A stretch of 64,000 nucleotides of DNA, from the NCBI RefSeq assembly GCF_963921235.1, contig NC_086097.1:203982001-204046000 (forward strand), given 5' to 3'. The DNA comes from Mobula hypostoma. Taxonomy: Eukaryota. Of the stretch, positions 52,201 through 64,000 are shown piece after piece (positions within the stretch are counted from its first letter, which is position 1; every line of letters starts with the position of its first letter). The notes beneath the pieces were generated by a model that saw nothing but the letters and a program-made list of their open reading frames with translations, was not told the origin of the DNA and did not search any database. A program made the translations under genes and the position numbers.

Positions 52201-54771
52201 CACATAAACATTACCCTCTCCTCCCCAGAAGCAATCCCAAGACCATCTCCACATTCAAAGGATTACCAGCAACAATGTAAAGTAATTTTGTGGGACAATG
52301 CAAATGAGAAAACAAACTACAGATGCTGGAAATCAGAAATAAAAAATGGAAAGTTCTGTAAATACTGAGCAAGTTAGGCAGCATTTGAGGACAGAAAGTT
52401 TGTATTTCAGATCAGTTCTGTTGAATCATTAACTCAGTTTCTCTTTTAATACAATACTGAATGCTGAGTATTTTTAGCATTTTCCATTTTTATTTGACAC
52501 TCAAGAAATGCTGACATGCCACTTGGCAGAATTGCTGGCATTTTTCATAGACATCAACAAGTAAATCCTTGATTTAAATAATGAAAAGGCTTGCTGAATT
52601 TTTTCAGTAATCTGCAACCCATCTTGCTATTATTTTGTCAAGATATGAAATTTATTTTAACATAGTTTCTTTGACTGGTGACTCCTACATCTGGAAGCGA
52701 GAACCACAGCTTTTCCCTGCCTGATAATTCTTATGCTGGCCTAGGAGGAGGTCTGGTCTGTTTGCCATACAGGGCTTGCTTTCTGGCACTTACTTTACTG
52801 ATGATAATGTCCAAGTCTTCTTCAGTAAATTTGCCAATTTCTCGCTTTCCCCTGTAACACCCCTCTCCTCTATGACACCCAAAGTGTGTTTTGATTTTCT
52901 GGTTGCTGTGAGGGGCGTCTCTTTTAAGGTAACGACCCTTCTCAGATTAGTACGTTGTTATCTGTGGGAACTCTAGATCCCAACTTTGGGCATGTTTCTG
53001 TGTGTGAAAGCAAACATTTGTAATGACTTAAGCATTTTTTGCCAAGTTCAATACTTTTATGAAGGCACAAATGAGCATTAAAGATAAATACAGTCACAGT
53101 TTAACACCCCAACAATAGGTCAAAGCACATCTCTAATGACCATGGATCAGTTTAACTATCATTAGCCATTGTTGGTTCTTATTAAGGATCATAATATAGT
53201 AGAGCTCTCTCTAAATTTGCTGTTCTCCATCCACTGTTTTAGCTTTGGCTTGGACCCATGCTGGGGTTTTCCAGTTGTACACTTGAATAGAAAGTTTAGA
53301 CAGATGTTTGTCAGATGCAGGATGGCATGTGGGAATTATTAGTTTTGCTGATTCATGTTAATGGCTTGAGCATCTTTTATTTTATTTGTGGTCAGTATAG
53401 TTGTAGCATGTATATTTTGAATAACAATTGCAAAACTGTAAACCTTAGCCTACATTCTGTTCTACCCAAACAGGATGATTGCAAGCTGTTCTCTGTCATT
53501 TGCATGGAGACTCAGTGAAAAGTTTGGCACAACAAGTATCTTTGTAAAATGTGATGTGACAAAACTGTTTGGGGATATAGTGAAATGATGACCATAACAC
53601 TGGCAGCAATTACTGGATGGAGTGTGAAATATCAATATTTAAATTCAGATTAACATTGCGGTGGCACCTTGATGTCTGTGTGGCAATGTACTGTATATGG
53701 CAAATGAAGTTGACCCTTGATCCTTCAAGTAGATGCTCCCCTAATTAAAATCCAAGTTTTACCTGAAAAGGATTACATAAATGGATAACAATAACCAGAG
53801 GCTAATAAGGTGTCATTGCATACCCTTTTCTACTAAGTTAAGATGAACATGGATTGAAGATAAAATTGTGGTGGTGTCTGTATCATTTCAGAACATGGGA
53901 CATACATTCTTCTTTTCTCATCTGTATGAATATATTTTTCAATGTAGAAGCAAGATTATGATTGCTGCTGTTGAATGATGGATTTTTAAGTTGCCACCAG
54001 CAAACTTTTATCTTCAAAAGCAGCTTACAATATGGTCTTTTGCTTGGTATTCATGTCAAATTTCAAGTCGTGGTAGACAATCTGATTGTTTCTTCCATGA
54101 GTATCTCAGCAAGGGTGAAGGCCTTGTGTATTAACAGTGGGAGATCTCAGCTGGTGGCATTTTTATAGGATCAGTGACTTGCTGGCAGTTGGCTGGGGGC
54201 ATTTCTCCTCTTCCAGTATTTTTTTCCATTGAGCACTGTTACTGATATTTTGATGAGTTGATAGGAAAGTGTCAATCAGAAATATCCACCTTGAATTACA
54301 CGGTGAGTTATATCGCAAGTTTCATAGATTCAGAGTCCCATTACAACATCCTCTTAGGAATCCTGGATAGTTGGCAATTTTACATTATTTTTAGCATCCA
54401 CACGATGTGAAAACAAACGAAGCATATAAAGCATAAAATACAGCAGTCTCTCAGAGATGATCAAATGTTTTCAATACATACATAATTGCCTCTAAAAAAA
54501 TGGTTGCATCCTGTTGTTGAAGCCAGGTTTCAGTGCACGAGTACTCCAAAGTAATAGACAGAAACTTGTACTATTTTCTCTACAGATGAAGCAACTTCCT
54601 GAATTTCTGGCTTGCTTGCAGCAAAATTTTTACCATTTCTGAGATTCTGGACCAGAATTAGGTTCAGACCAACTAGTGACTTTTCACAAGTATATAACAC
54701 AGAAGGTAAATGGAAAGAGACTGAAGCAACATTTCCTCCAATCCTCAGAATAACCAGTAACCTTCTTTTTT

Positions 54772-57196
54772 CCCATCTTGTACAAAAAGGACGGTTGCAC
54801 TTGGATCTGAGGGGGACTAATATCCTGGTAGGGAGGTTTGCTAAGGCTACTGGGGAGAGCTTAACCTAGAATTGATGGGGGGTGGGAACCGAGCTGAAGA
54901 GATGGAGGAAGGGGAGGTTGGTTCACAAGTAGAGAAAGCTTGGAGACATTGCAAGAGGGAGGATAGGCAGGTGATAGAGAAGGGAGGTGCTCATACTGAT
55001 GGCTTGAGATGTGTCTATTTTGATGCAAGGAGCATCATTGAACTAAGTGGATGAGATTAGAGCGTGGATCAGTACTTGGAACTATGATGTTGTGGTCATC
55101 ACAGAGACTTGGATGGCTCAGGGGCAGGAATGGTTACTTAGAGTGCCAGGGTTTAGATTTTTCAGAAAGGACAGGGACAGAGGCAAAAGAGGTGGGGGTG
55201 TGGCACTGTTGATCAGAGATAGTGTCACGGCTGCAGAAAAGGTGGACGTCATGGAGGGATTGTTTACTGAATCTCTGTGGGTGTAAGTTAGGAACAGGAA
55301 GGGGTTAATAACTCCAGTGGGTGTTTTTTATAGACCACCCAATAGTAACAGGGATATCGAGGAGCAGACAGGGAGACAGATTCTGGAATGGTGTAAATAA
55401 TAACAGGGTTGTTGTTGTGGGAGATTTCAATTTCCCAAATATTGATTGGCATCTCCCTGGAGCAAAGGGTTTAGATGGGGTGGAGTTTGTTAGGTGTGTT
55501 CAGGAAGGTTTCCTGACACAATATGCAGATAAGTCAACAAGAGAAGAGTCTGTACTTGATCTGGTATTGGGAAATGAACCTGGTCAGGTGTCACATCTCT
55601 CAGTGGGAGAGTTTTTTTCATATAATGATCGCAATTCTATCTTCTTTACCATAGCATTGGAGATGGATAGGAACAGACAAGTTAGAAAAGCATTTAATTG
55701 GGGGTAAGAGGAAATATGAAGCTATCAGGCAGGAACTTGGAAGCATAAGTTGGGAACAAATGTTCTCAGGGAAATATACGGCAGAAATGTGGCAAACGTT
55801 CAGGGGATATTTGTGTGATGTTCTGCATAGAGTGAGATAGTTCCAGTGAGATAGGGAAAGGATGGTAGGGTGCAGGAACCATGGTGTACAAAGACTGTTG
55901 TAAATCTAGTCAAGAAGAACAGAAAAGCTTATGAAAGGTCCAAAAAACTAAGTAATGATAGAGATCTAGAAGATTATAAGGCTGGCAGGAGGGAGTTTAA
56001 GAACGAAATTAGGACAGCCAGAAGGGGCCATGAGAAGGCCTTGGTGAGCAGGATTAAAGAAAACCCCAAGGCATTCTACAAGTATGCGAAGAGCAAGAGG
56101 ATAAGGCATGAGAGAATAGGATCAATCAAGTGTAACAGTGGGAAAGTGTGTATGGAACTGAAGGAGATAGCTGAGGAACTTAATGAATACTTTGCTTCAG
56201 TATTCACTACGGAAAAGGATCTTGGTGATTGTAGGGATGACTTACAGCAAATTGAAAAGCTTGAGCATATTGACATTAAGAAAGAGGATGTGCTGGAGCT
56301 TCTGGAAAGCATCAAGTTGGATAATTCTCTGGGACCGGACAAGATGAACCCCAGGCTACTGTGGGAGGCAAGAGAGGAGATTGCTGAGCCTCTGGCAATG
56401 ATCTTTGCATCATCAATGGGGACGGGAGAAGAAAGGGAGTAGAGATAGCCCAGGAAATTATAGACCAGAGAGTCTTACTTCAGTGGTTAGTAAATTGATG
56501 GAGAAGATCCTGAGAGGCTGGATTTATGAACATTTGGAGAGGCATAATATGATTAGGAATAGTCAGCATGGCCTTGTCAAAGGCAGGTCATGCCTTACGA
56601 GACTGATTGAATTTTTTGAGGATGTGACTAAACACATTGATGAGGTTAGAGCAGTGGATGTAGTGCACATGGATTAGATACACTAATGCGAGGCATCTGA
56701 TAAGGTACCCCATGCAAGGCTTTTTGAGAAAGTAAGGAGGCAGGGGATCCAAGGGGCCCTTGTTTTGTGGATCCAGAAATGGCTTGCCCACAGAAGGCAA
56801 AGAGTGGTTGTAGACAGGTTATATTCAGCATGGAGGTCGGTGACCAGTGGTGTGCCTCAGGAATCTGTTCGTGTGGATAATCAGAGGCTTTTTCCCAGGG
56901 CTGAAATCGCTAATATGAGAGGGCACAATTTTAAGGTGCTTGGAACTAGGAGATGTCAGGGGCAGGTTTTTTTACGTAGAGTGGTGGGTGTGTGGAATAA
57001 GTTGTGGGCAATGGTGGTGGAGGCAGATATGATAGGGTCTTTTAAGAGACTCCTGGGTAGGTACATGGAGCTTGGTAAAATAGAGGGCTATGGGTAATCC
57101 TAGGTAATTTCTAAAGTAAGTATATGTTTGGCACAGCATTGTGGGCCGAAGGGGCTGTATTGCGCTGTAGGTTTTCTAGATTTTCTATGTTTCTAT
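54772..57196 (+). mobile_element. CR1 LINE, same subfamily, with internal deletions
   Basis: GLRCVYFDARS, VVGDFNFPNIDW, KENPKAFYKY, QHGLVKGRSCLT; jump after GVPQESV at about 56870; (GTTTCTAT) tail. Confidence 0.95.
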
Positions 57197-58363
57197 CTTT
57201 TTAACAAGATCCATTTACCTGTTGCACTCCAGTTACCCATGACTGTTTTGTGAATCTTTTGACAGATGAGGGAGAAGTCTGAAGGGTGAAGGCTATTTCT
57301 TCAGTTTAAAAGTTTCCTTTGTGAGGCTAAGAAGTGCAAGAAATTTCTCCACAGGTCCACAGAATTTCCCTGCCGGATACTCCCCAGCCTTCCTTCTCCA
57401 AAATCCTACCGAAATATTTTAGCTGTAATCTGATTTGTGTATTAGATCCCTGTGATATTTAAAATTTGGCAGCTGCATTGCATCCTTTTCATTCCCATTT
57501 GGTGCAGAAACTTTATATACAACACTACCAGAACTTTCACTGGTAAATACCACCATATTCTTCTTGTTCCACTGCCGTAAAAGGAATCAACTCATGTTAA
57601 TATCCTTCGTAGTTTTATGTGTCTAAAAAAATTCCAGTTATTACACTTAAACGGTTGTACTCATTGGGACAAAATGTATTTAATACAAAAGCTTTGCTAA
57701 TACCATATATGTGAGTGATTAAAAGTAATATTTCATGATTATACTTTTGTCTACTGGAGACACTCATAGCAAAATCATTTAAGGTTTTACCTTTTGTTGA
57801 TTTTCTCAATACTTACGTATACGTTGGTACCTAAATATCATAATTCTTTGAATGCCAATACTTTGACAATACTTGACAATACTTTATACTTTATTGTCGC
57901 CAAACAATTGATACTAGAACGTACAATCATCATAGCGATATTTGATTGCAAAGAGTTAATTGAAATTACTGATGCCATCTCTGCTCTCTCTTTATTTGTG
58001 CTTTCCAATAATGTAGTTTGCAAAGATCTTTAGTCACACACATTAAAATTGTAGATTTGTGGCACAACTGCACATGTAGGAGTGATCCAGTGGTTGTAAA
58101 ATGGTGCAATAAAGCTCAGTAAGTATTCTGATTTACAGTTGTTTGCCTATGTTAGCCTCTGGCATTTCTTTGAAAAGTGTGATGTCCAAGAAACGAATTG
58201 TGATCATCTCCCTATTTTTAACAAATTATCTATTTAACATTGAATGTTTTATTTTTCTGTTCCTTTCCCCATTATATGCTCATTTTCTGTAGGATACCAA
58301 ATGTTCAACAGCCCTTGGGTTCTGGTCTATATAGTTATTTTTACTATGTCAACCAGGTAGCCT

Positions 58364-58477
58364 CGGCCTGAAACGTCGACTGCACCTCTTCCTATAGATG
58401 CTGCTTGGCCTGCTGCGTTCACCAGCAACTTTGATGTATGTTGCTTGAATTTCCAGCATCTGCAGAATTCCTGTTGT
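58364..58477 (+). mobile_element. 5'-truncated PLE-derived repeat with TAGCCT duplication
   Basis: CGGCCTGAAACGTCGACTG...GATGCTGCTTGGCCTGCTGCGTTCACC is nearly identical to 5475-5550; TAGCCT at 58358-58363 and 58478-58483. Confidence 0.8.
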
Positions 58478-58574
58478 TAGCCTTACAAATAAACCTGATT
58501 CTTTATTCTTTTAATACATTCAGGGATTTGCTTCCCACCAAGGGTAACTTATAATTTTGAACTTGAGAAATCTA

Positions 58575-59818
58575 TACTCAGTGGTCACTTTAATGGGTAT
58601 GCCTGTACACTGCTTATTAATGCAAACATCTAATCAGCCATTCATCTGGCAGCAACTCAATGCTTGTAGACATGGTTATGAGGTTTAACCCCCGGGAGGG
58701 GGGAAGAAGATGGTGGCACGACGACAGTACGCGTGGCCACTTCGGTGATGAATATCTGTTATTTGTCAAGTAGGGGACCGTGCACAATCCTGATTTGATG
58801 GAGACAGACGTGAGAGCACAGCGGAACAACTGGAAAACTTCTGAAATGACTGCTTTGCTACCGCTGCTACTGTGTGGTAACCGAAATCTCCGTAGCTGAA
58901 GGCCCCAAAATCCTCAGCTTTGCGTGTTTCAGTGGCTGGGAGGAGGTCGAAGGCGCTCGGCAGAGGATGGCGCTCGGGAGGCTGTATCGCAGAGGCTGCT
59001 CGGAAGCTTGGAGTTTTCGAACGGATGGACTCAGGGTCGGCTGGGGTCGGCTGCTTCCAAGGTATCGGCAAGTTGACAGTGCCTGGAGGTTTATAGCAGG
59101 GAGTTTCTCCCTTTTGCCACCTGCTATCGGGGACTCGGGAGTCGATCGACTCAGGACTTTGAGAACTTTTTTTTTACTGTGCCTATAGTCTGTTCTTTAT
59201 CAAATTATGGTATTGTTTTGCACTGCTGTAACTATATGTTATAATTATGTGGTTTTGTCAGAGTTAGTCTTTGGTCTGTCTTGTTTTCTGTGATATCACT
59301 CTAGAGAAACATTATATCATTTCTTAATGCATGTATGCATTTCTAAATGACAATAAAAGAGGACTGAGTGTTCACATAATCTAAATCTAATCATTGTTTA
59401 GATCAAACATCAGAACGGGGAAGAAACGTGATCAAAGTGACTTTGAATATAGAGTGATTGTGGCTGCCAGGCAGGTGGTTTGTGTATATCAAAAACTAAC
59501 GATCCCCTGAGATTTTCATGCACAACAATCCTTTACAGTGAATGGTGTGAAAAACAAAAAAAACATTCAGTGAGTTGCAATTCGGTGGGTGAAAACACCT
59601 TGTTAATAAGAGAGGTCAGAGGAGAATGAGCAGATTGGTTCAAACTGACAGGAAGGTGGCAGTAACTTAAATAGTCATGCTTTAGAGAAGAGCATGTCTG
59701 AATTCACAACATGTCAAACCTTGAAGTGCATGGGCCACAGCAGCAGAAGACCATTAACATACACCCAGTAGCCAGTTCGTTTGGTAAAGGAGGTACCCAG
59801 TAAAGTGACAACTGAGAG
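58575..59818 (+). mobile_element. Tc1-derived non-autonomous element with nested retroelement
   Basis: TIRs TACTCAGTGGTCACTTTA / TAAAGTGACAACTGAG; transposase N-terminal remnant (SDFEYRVIVAARQ) at about 59437-59475. Confidence 0.78.
58688..59392 (+). mobile_element. Non-autonomous non-LTR element with CpG-rich head and (AATCT)n tail
   Basis: Head GGGAGGGGGGAAGAAGATGGTGGCACGACG; end GACAATAAAAGAGGACTG..ATAATCTAAATCTAATC; no coding homology; splits the Tc1 MITE. Confidence 0.72.
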
Positions 59819-60149
59819 ATTCAGATTCAATTCTATGGTCTTTAGCCCAATTTTAGGTCACAGTCCTAATGCAATAATATGAAATATGGATCATCAAAAT
59901 CTCTGCTAAGAGTATTTTGCTGCACATAGCTCAGTAACATTACAAATACTAGAATTACAAAAGAATCTAATGACTTTTACTTTATACAGCTTCCCTCAAT
60001 GAGATTTAATGATAATCCAATGGGCTTCACTGAGGCACAAAAGGAGAGATTGTGCAATGATATGAAATATATGATAATAAATCAGTTATCCACTTTCCAT
60101 CTCTTATGAATTTTCCTTCCATGAAATAAAATTGCAGATAAACTTTTAG

Positions 60150-60530
60150 AGTCATAGTCATAGAAAACTACAGCATAGAAATGGGCCTTTCAGCCCACCC
60201 AGTCCATGCTGAACCATTTAAACTGCCTACTCCCATCAACCTGCTCCCAGACCACATCCCAACATATTCCTGCCACCCATGTACCTATCCAAACTTTCGA
60301 AAGTTTAAATCGTGATTGCATCCACAACGTGCATTGGCAGCTTGTTCCACTCTCCACTCTCCTGAGTGCAGATGTTTCCCCATAAGTTCCCCTTAAAAAT
60401 TTTTCCTTTCATCCTTAACCCATACTTGTAGCCTCACTCAACCTCAGTGGAAAAAGCCTGCTTGCATTTACCCTGTCTATAGTCATGATAATGTTGTATA
60501 ACTCTATGAAATCTCCCCTCAATCTTCTAT
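60150..60530 (-). mobile_element. CR1 3' fragment
   Basis: AGTCATAGTCATAG tail; RRLRGDFIELYNII..IDRVNASRLFP. Confidence 0.82.
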
Positions 60531-60532
60531 GT

Positions 60533-61018
60533 TCAGAATCAGAATCAAGTTTATTATCACTGACGTGTGTTGTGAAATTTGTTAACTTAGCAGCAACAGT
60601 ACAATACATGATAATAAAAAAAGAAAAAAATAAGTAAATCAATTAAAGTAAGATATATATATGTATATTGAATAGCTTAAAATACTGCAAATACATAAAC
60701 AATATATCTTTAAAAAGTGAGGTAGTGTTCATGGGTTCAATGTCCATTCAGGAATCATATGGCAGAGGGGAAAAAGCTGTTCTTGAGTCACTGAGTGTGT
60801 ACCTTCTGGTTTCCGTACCTCTTTCCTGATGGTAAAATGAGGAGAGGCCATGCCCTGGGTGCTGGGGATCCTTAATAATGGATGATGCCTTTCTGAGGAA
60901 CCACTGCTTGAAGATGTCTTGGGTGCTGTGGCGCTCATACCCAAGATGGAGCTGATTAATTTTACAACTTTCTGTAGCTTCTTTCGGTCCTGTGCAATAG
61001 CATCCCGCCCCCCTACCA
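60533..61018 (-). mobile_element. Rex1/Babar 3' fragment with (CAGAAT)n tail
   Basis: AQDRKKLQKVV and LRKASSIIKDPQHPGHG; reverse complement of about 14325-14800. Confidence 0.88.
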
Positions 61019-64000
61019 GACATAGAAACATAGAAACATAGAAAACCTACAGCACAATACAGGCCCTTTGGCCCAGAAAGTTTTGCCGAACATGTCCCTA
61101 CCTTAGAAATTACTAGGCTTACGTATAGCCCTCTATTTTTCTAAGCTCCATGTACCTATCCAAAAGTCTCTTAAAAGACTCCATCGTATCTGCCTCCACC
61201 ACCATTGCCGGCAGCCCATTCCACACACTCACCACTCTCTGCATAAAAAACTTACCCCTGACATCTCCTTTATATCTACTCCTCAGCACCTTAAACTTGT
61301 GTCCTCTTGTAGCAACCATTTTAGCCCTGGGAAAAAGCCTCTGACTATCCACATGATCAAAGCCTCTCATCATCTTATACATCTCTATCAGGTCACCTCT
61401 CATCGGCCGTTGCTCCAAGGAGAAAAGACCGAGTTCACGCAACCTATTCTCATAAGGCATGCTCCCCAATCCAGGCAACATCCTTGTAAATCTTCTCTGC
61501 ACCCTTTCTGTGGCTTCCGCATCCTTCCTGTAGTGAGGCAACCAGAACTGGGCACAGTACACCAAGTGGGGTCTGACCAGGATCCTATATAGCTGCAACA
61601 TTACCTTTCGGCTCCTAAATTCAATTCTATGTTTGATGAAGGCCAATACACCGTATGCCTTCTTAACCACAGAGTCAACCTACGCAGCTGCTTTGAGCGT
61701 CCTATGGGATCAGACCCCAAGATCACTCTGATTCTCCACACTGCCAAGATTCTTACCATTATTACCATATTCTGCCATCATATTTGACCTACGAAAATGA
61801 ACCACTTCACACTTACCTGGGTTGAACTCCATCTGCCACTTCTCAGCCCAGTTTTGCATCCTATCAATGTCCCACTGTAACCTCTGCCAGGCCTCCACAC
61901 TATCCACAACACCTCCAACCTTTGTGTATCAGCAAATTTACTAACCCATTCTTTCACTTCCTCATCCAGATCATTTATAAAAATCACGAAGAGTAAGGGT
62001 CCCACAATAGATCTCTGAGGCACTCCACTGGTGACAGATCTCCATGCAGAGTATGACCTGATTACAACCTCTCTTTGCCTTCTGTGGGCAAGCCAGTTCT
62101 GGATCCACAAAGCAATGTCCCCTTGGATCTCATGCCTCCTTTCTTTCTCAATAAGCCTTGCATCGGGTACCTTATCAAATGCCTTGCTGAAATCCATATA
62201 CACTACATCTACTGCTCTTCCTTCATCAATGTGTTTAGTCATATCCTCAAAAAATTCAATCGGGCTCATAAGGCATGGCCTGCCCTTGACAAAACCATGC
62301 TGACTATTCCTAATCATATTAAACCTCTCCAAATGTTCATAAATCCTGCCTCTCAGGATCTTCTCCATCAACTTACAAACCACTGGTCTATAATTTCCTG
62401 GACTATCTCTACTCTCTTCTTGAATAAAGGAACAACATCCACAACCTTCCAATACTCTGGAACCTCTCCCCTCCCAATTGATGATGCAAGTATCATCGCC
62501 AGAGGCTCAGAAATCTCTTCCCTCACCTCCCACAGTAGCTTGGGATATATCTCATCCGGTCCTGTCACTTATCCAACTTGATGCTTTCCGAAAGCTCCAG
62601 CACATCCTCTTACTTAATATCTACATGCTCAAGCTTTTCAGTCTGCTGCAAGTCATCACTGCAATCACCAGTATCCTTTTCCATAGTGAATACTGAAGTA
62701 AAGTATTCATTAAGTACCTCTGCTGTTTCCTCCGGTTCCATCCATAATTTCGCACTGTCACATTTGATAGGTCCTATCATTTCACATCTTATCCTTTTGC
62801 TCTTCACATCCTTGTAGAATGCCTTGGGCTTTTCTTTAATACCGTCCGCCAAGGCGCTCTTATGGTCCCTTCTAACTCTCCTAATTTCCTTCTTAAACTC
62901 CTTCCTGTTAGCGTTTTATCTTCTAGATCTCTAACATTACCTAGCTCTCTGAAACTTTTGTAAGCCTTTCTTTTCTTCTTGACTAGATTTATTACAGCCT
63001 TTCTACACCACAGATCCTGTACCCTACCATAACTTCCCTGTTTCATTGGAATGTACCTATGCAGAACTCTACACAAATATCCCCTGAACATTTGCACATT
63101 TCTTCCGTACTTTTCCCTGAGAACATCTGTTTCCAATTTAAGTTTCCAATTTCCTGCCTGATAACCTCATAGTTCCCTTTACTCCAATTAAACATTTCCC
63201 TAACTTGTCTGTTCCTATCCCTCTTCAATGCTATGGTAAAGGAGATAGAATTATGATCACTATCTCCAAAATGCTCTCCCACTGAGAGATCTGACACCTG
63301 ACCTGGTTCATTTCCCAATACCAAATCAAGTACAGCCTCTCCTCTTGTAGGCATATCTTCCTGAACACAACTAACAAACTCCATCCCACCTAAACCCCTT
63401 GCTCTTGGGAGATGGCCAATCGATATTTAGGAAATTAAAATCGCCCATCATGACAACTCTGTTATTATTACACCTTTCCAGAATCTGTCTCCCTATCTGC
63501 TCCTCAATATCCTTGTTACTATTGGGCGGCCTATAAAAAACACCCAGTAGATTTATTGACCCCTTCCTGTCCCTAACCTCCACCCACAGAGACTCCGTAG
63601 ACAATCCCTCCATGACGTCCACCTTTTCTGCAGCCATGACACTATCTCTGATCAACAGTGCCACGCCCCCATCTCTTTTCCCTCCCTCCCTGTCCTTCCT
63701 GAAACATCTAAAACCCGGCACTTGAGTAATCATTCCTGTCCCTGAACCATCCAAGTCTCTGTAATGGCCACCACATCATATATCCAAGTACTGATCCACG
63801 CTCTAAGCTCATCCGCTTTGTTCACAATACTCCTTGCATTAAAATAGGCGCATCTCAAACCTACGGTCTGATCGCGTCCCTTCTCTATCACCTGCCTATC
63901 CTCCCTCTTGCACTGTCTACAAGCTTGCTGTATTTGTGAGCCAATCTCCTCTTCCTCAGTCTCTTCAGTTCAGTTCCCACCGCCCAATAACTCTAGTTTA
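61019..64000 (-). mobile_element. CR1 LINE ORF2 and 3' UTR, continues beyond window end
   Basis: (CATAGAAA)n tail; RT ORF 61778-62452 with [11 protein letters not shown] and KFADT; EN GVFYRPPNS and MGDFNF. Confidence 0.95.

Noticed and set aside
58293..58356. Plus-strand exon candidate with good acceptor
   Set aside because: Weak donor (CAG|GTAGCC) coinciding with a PLE insertion site; peptide unrecognised.
1..64000. CRISPR arrays, operons, retrons or other prokaryotic systems
   Set aside because: No repeat-spacer arrays or gene-dense structure; all RT motifs belong to vertebrate retroelements.

Overview
Eukaryotic, AT-rich, very repeat-dense DNA. The repeat families present (CR1, Rex1/Babar, V-SINE, Penelope-derived elements) suggest a cartilaginous fish, probably a ray; this is inferred from the repeats only. 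I recognise no intact host protein-coding gene. The recognisable ORFs are broken pieces of retroelements (CR1, Rex1/Babar, RTE, L1, Gypsy) or a Tc1 transposase; many others are just their antisense shadows. Elements with resolvable ends include a full-length IR/DR Tc1 (9721-11339, DD34E, TA TSD), a composite hAT MITE with an 8-bp TSD (7063-7827), a TIR element with a 6-bp TSD (3727-4369), a deleted Gypsy with a 5-bp TSD and two nested insertions (16564-19546), a tRNA/RTE SINE with TSD (12034-12333) and several nested CR1s. One CR1 retains a Zn-finger/SGNH-esterase ORF1. The best signals outside these ORFs are (i) minimal hammerhead-ribozyme motifs in Penelope-derived repeats, with an intact core at 5457-5492, (ii) three minus-strand exon-like segments with strong splice sites in unique DNA (31456-39971), suggesting a spliced non-coding transcript, and (iii) a possible Myb/SANT relic at about 52640-52870. 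I cannot support a wholly new biological system from sequence alone.
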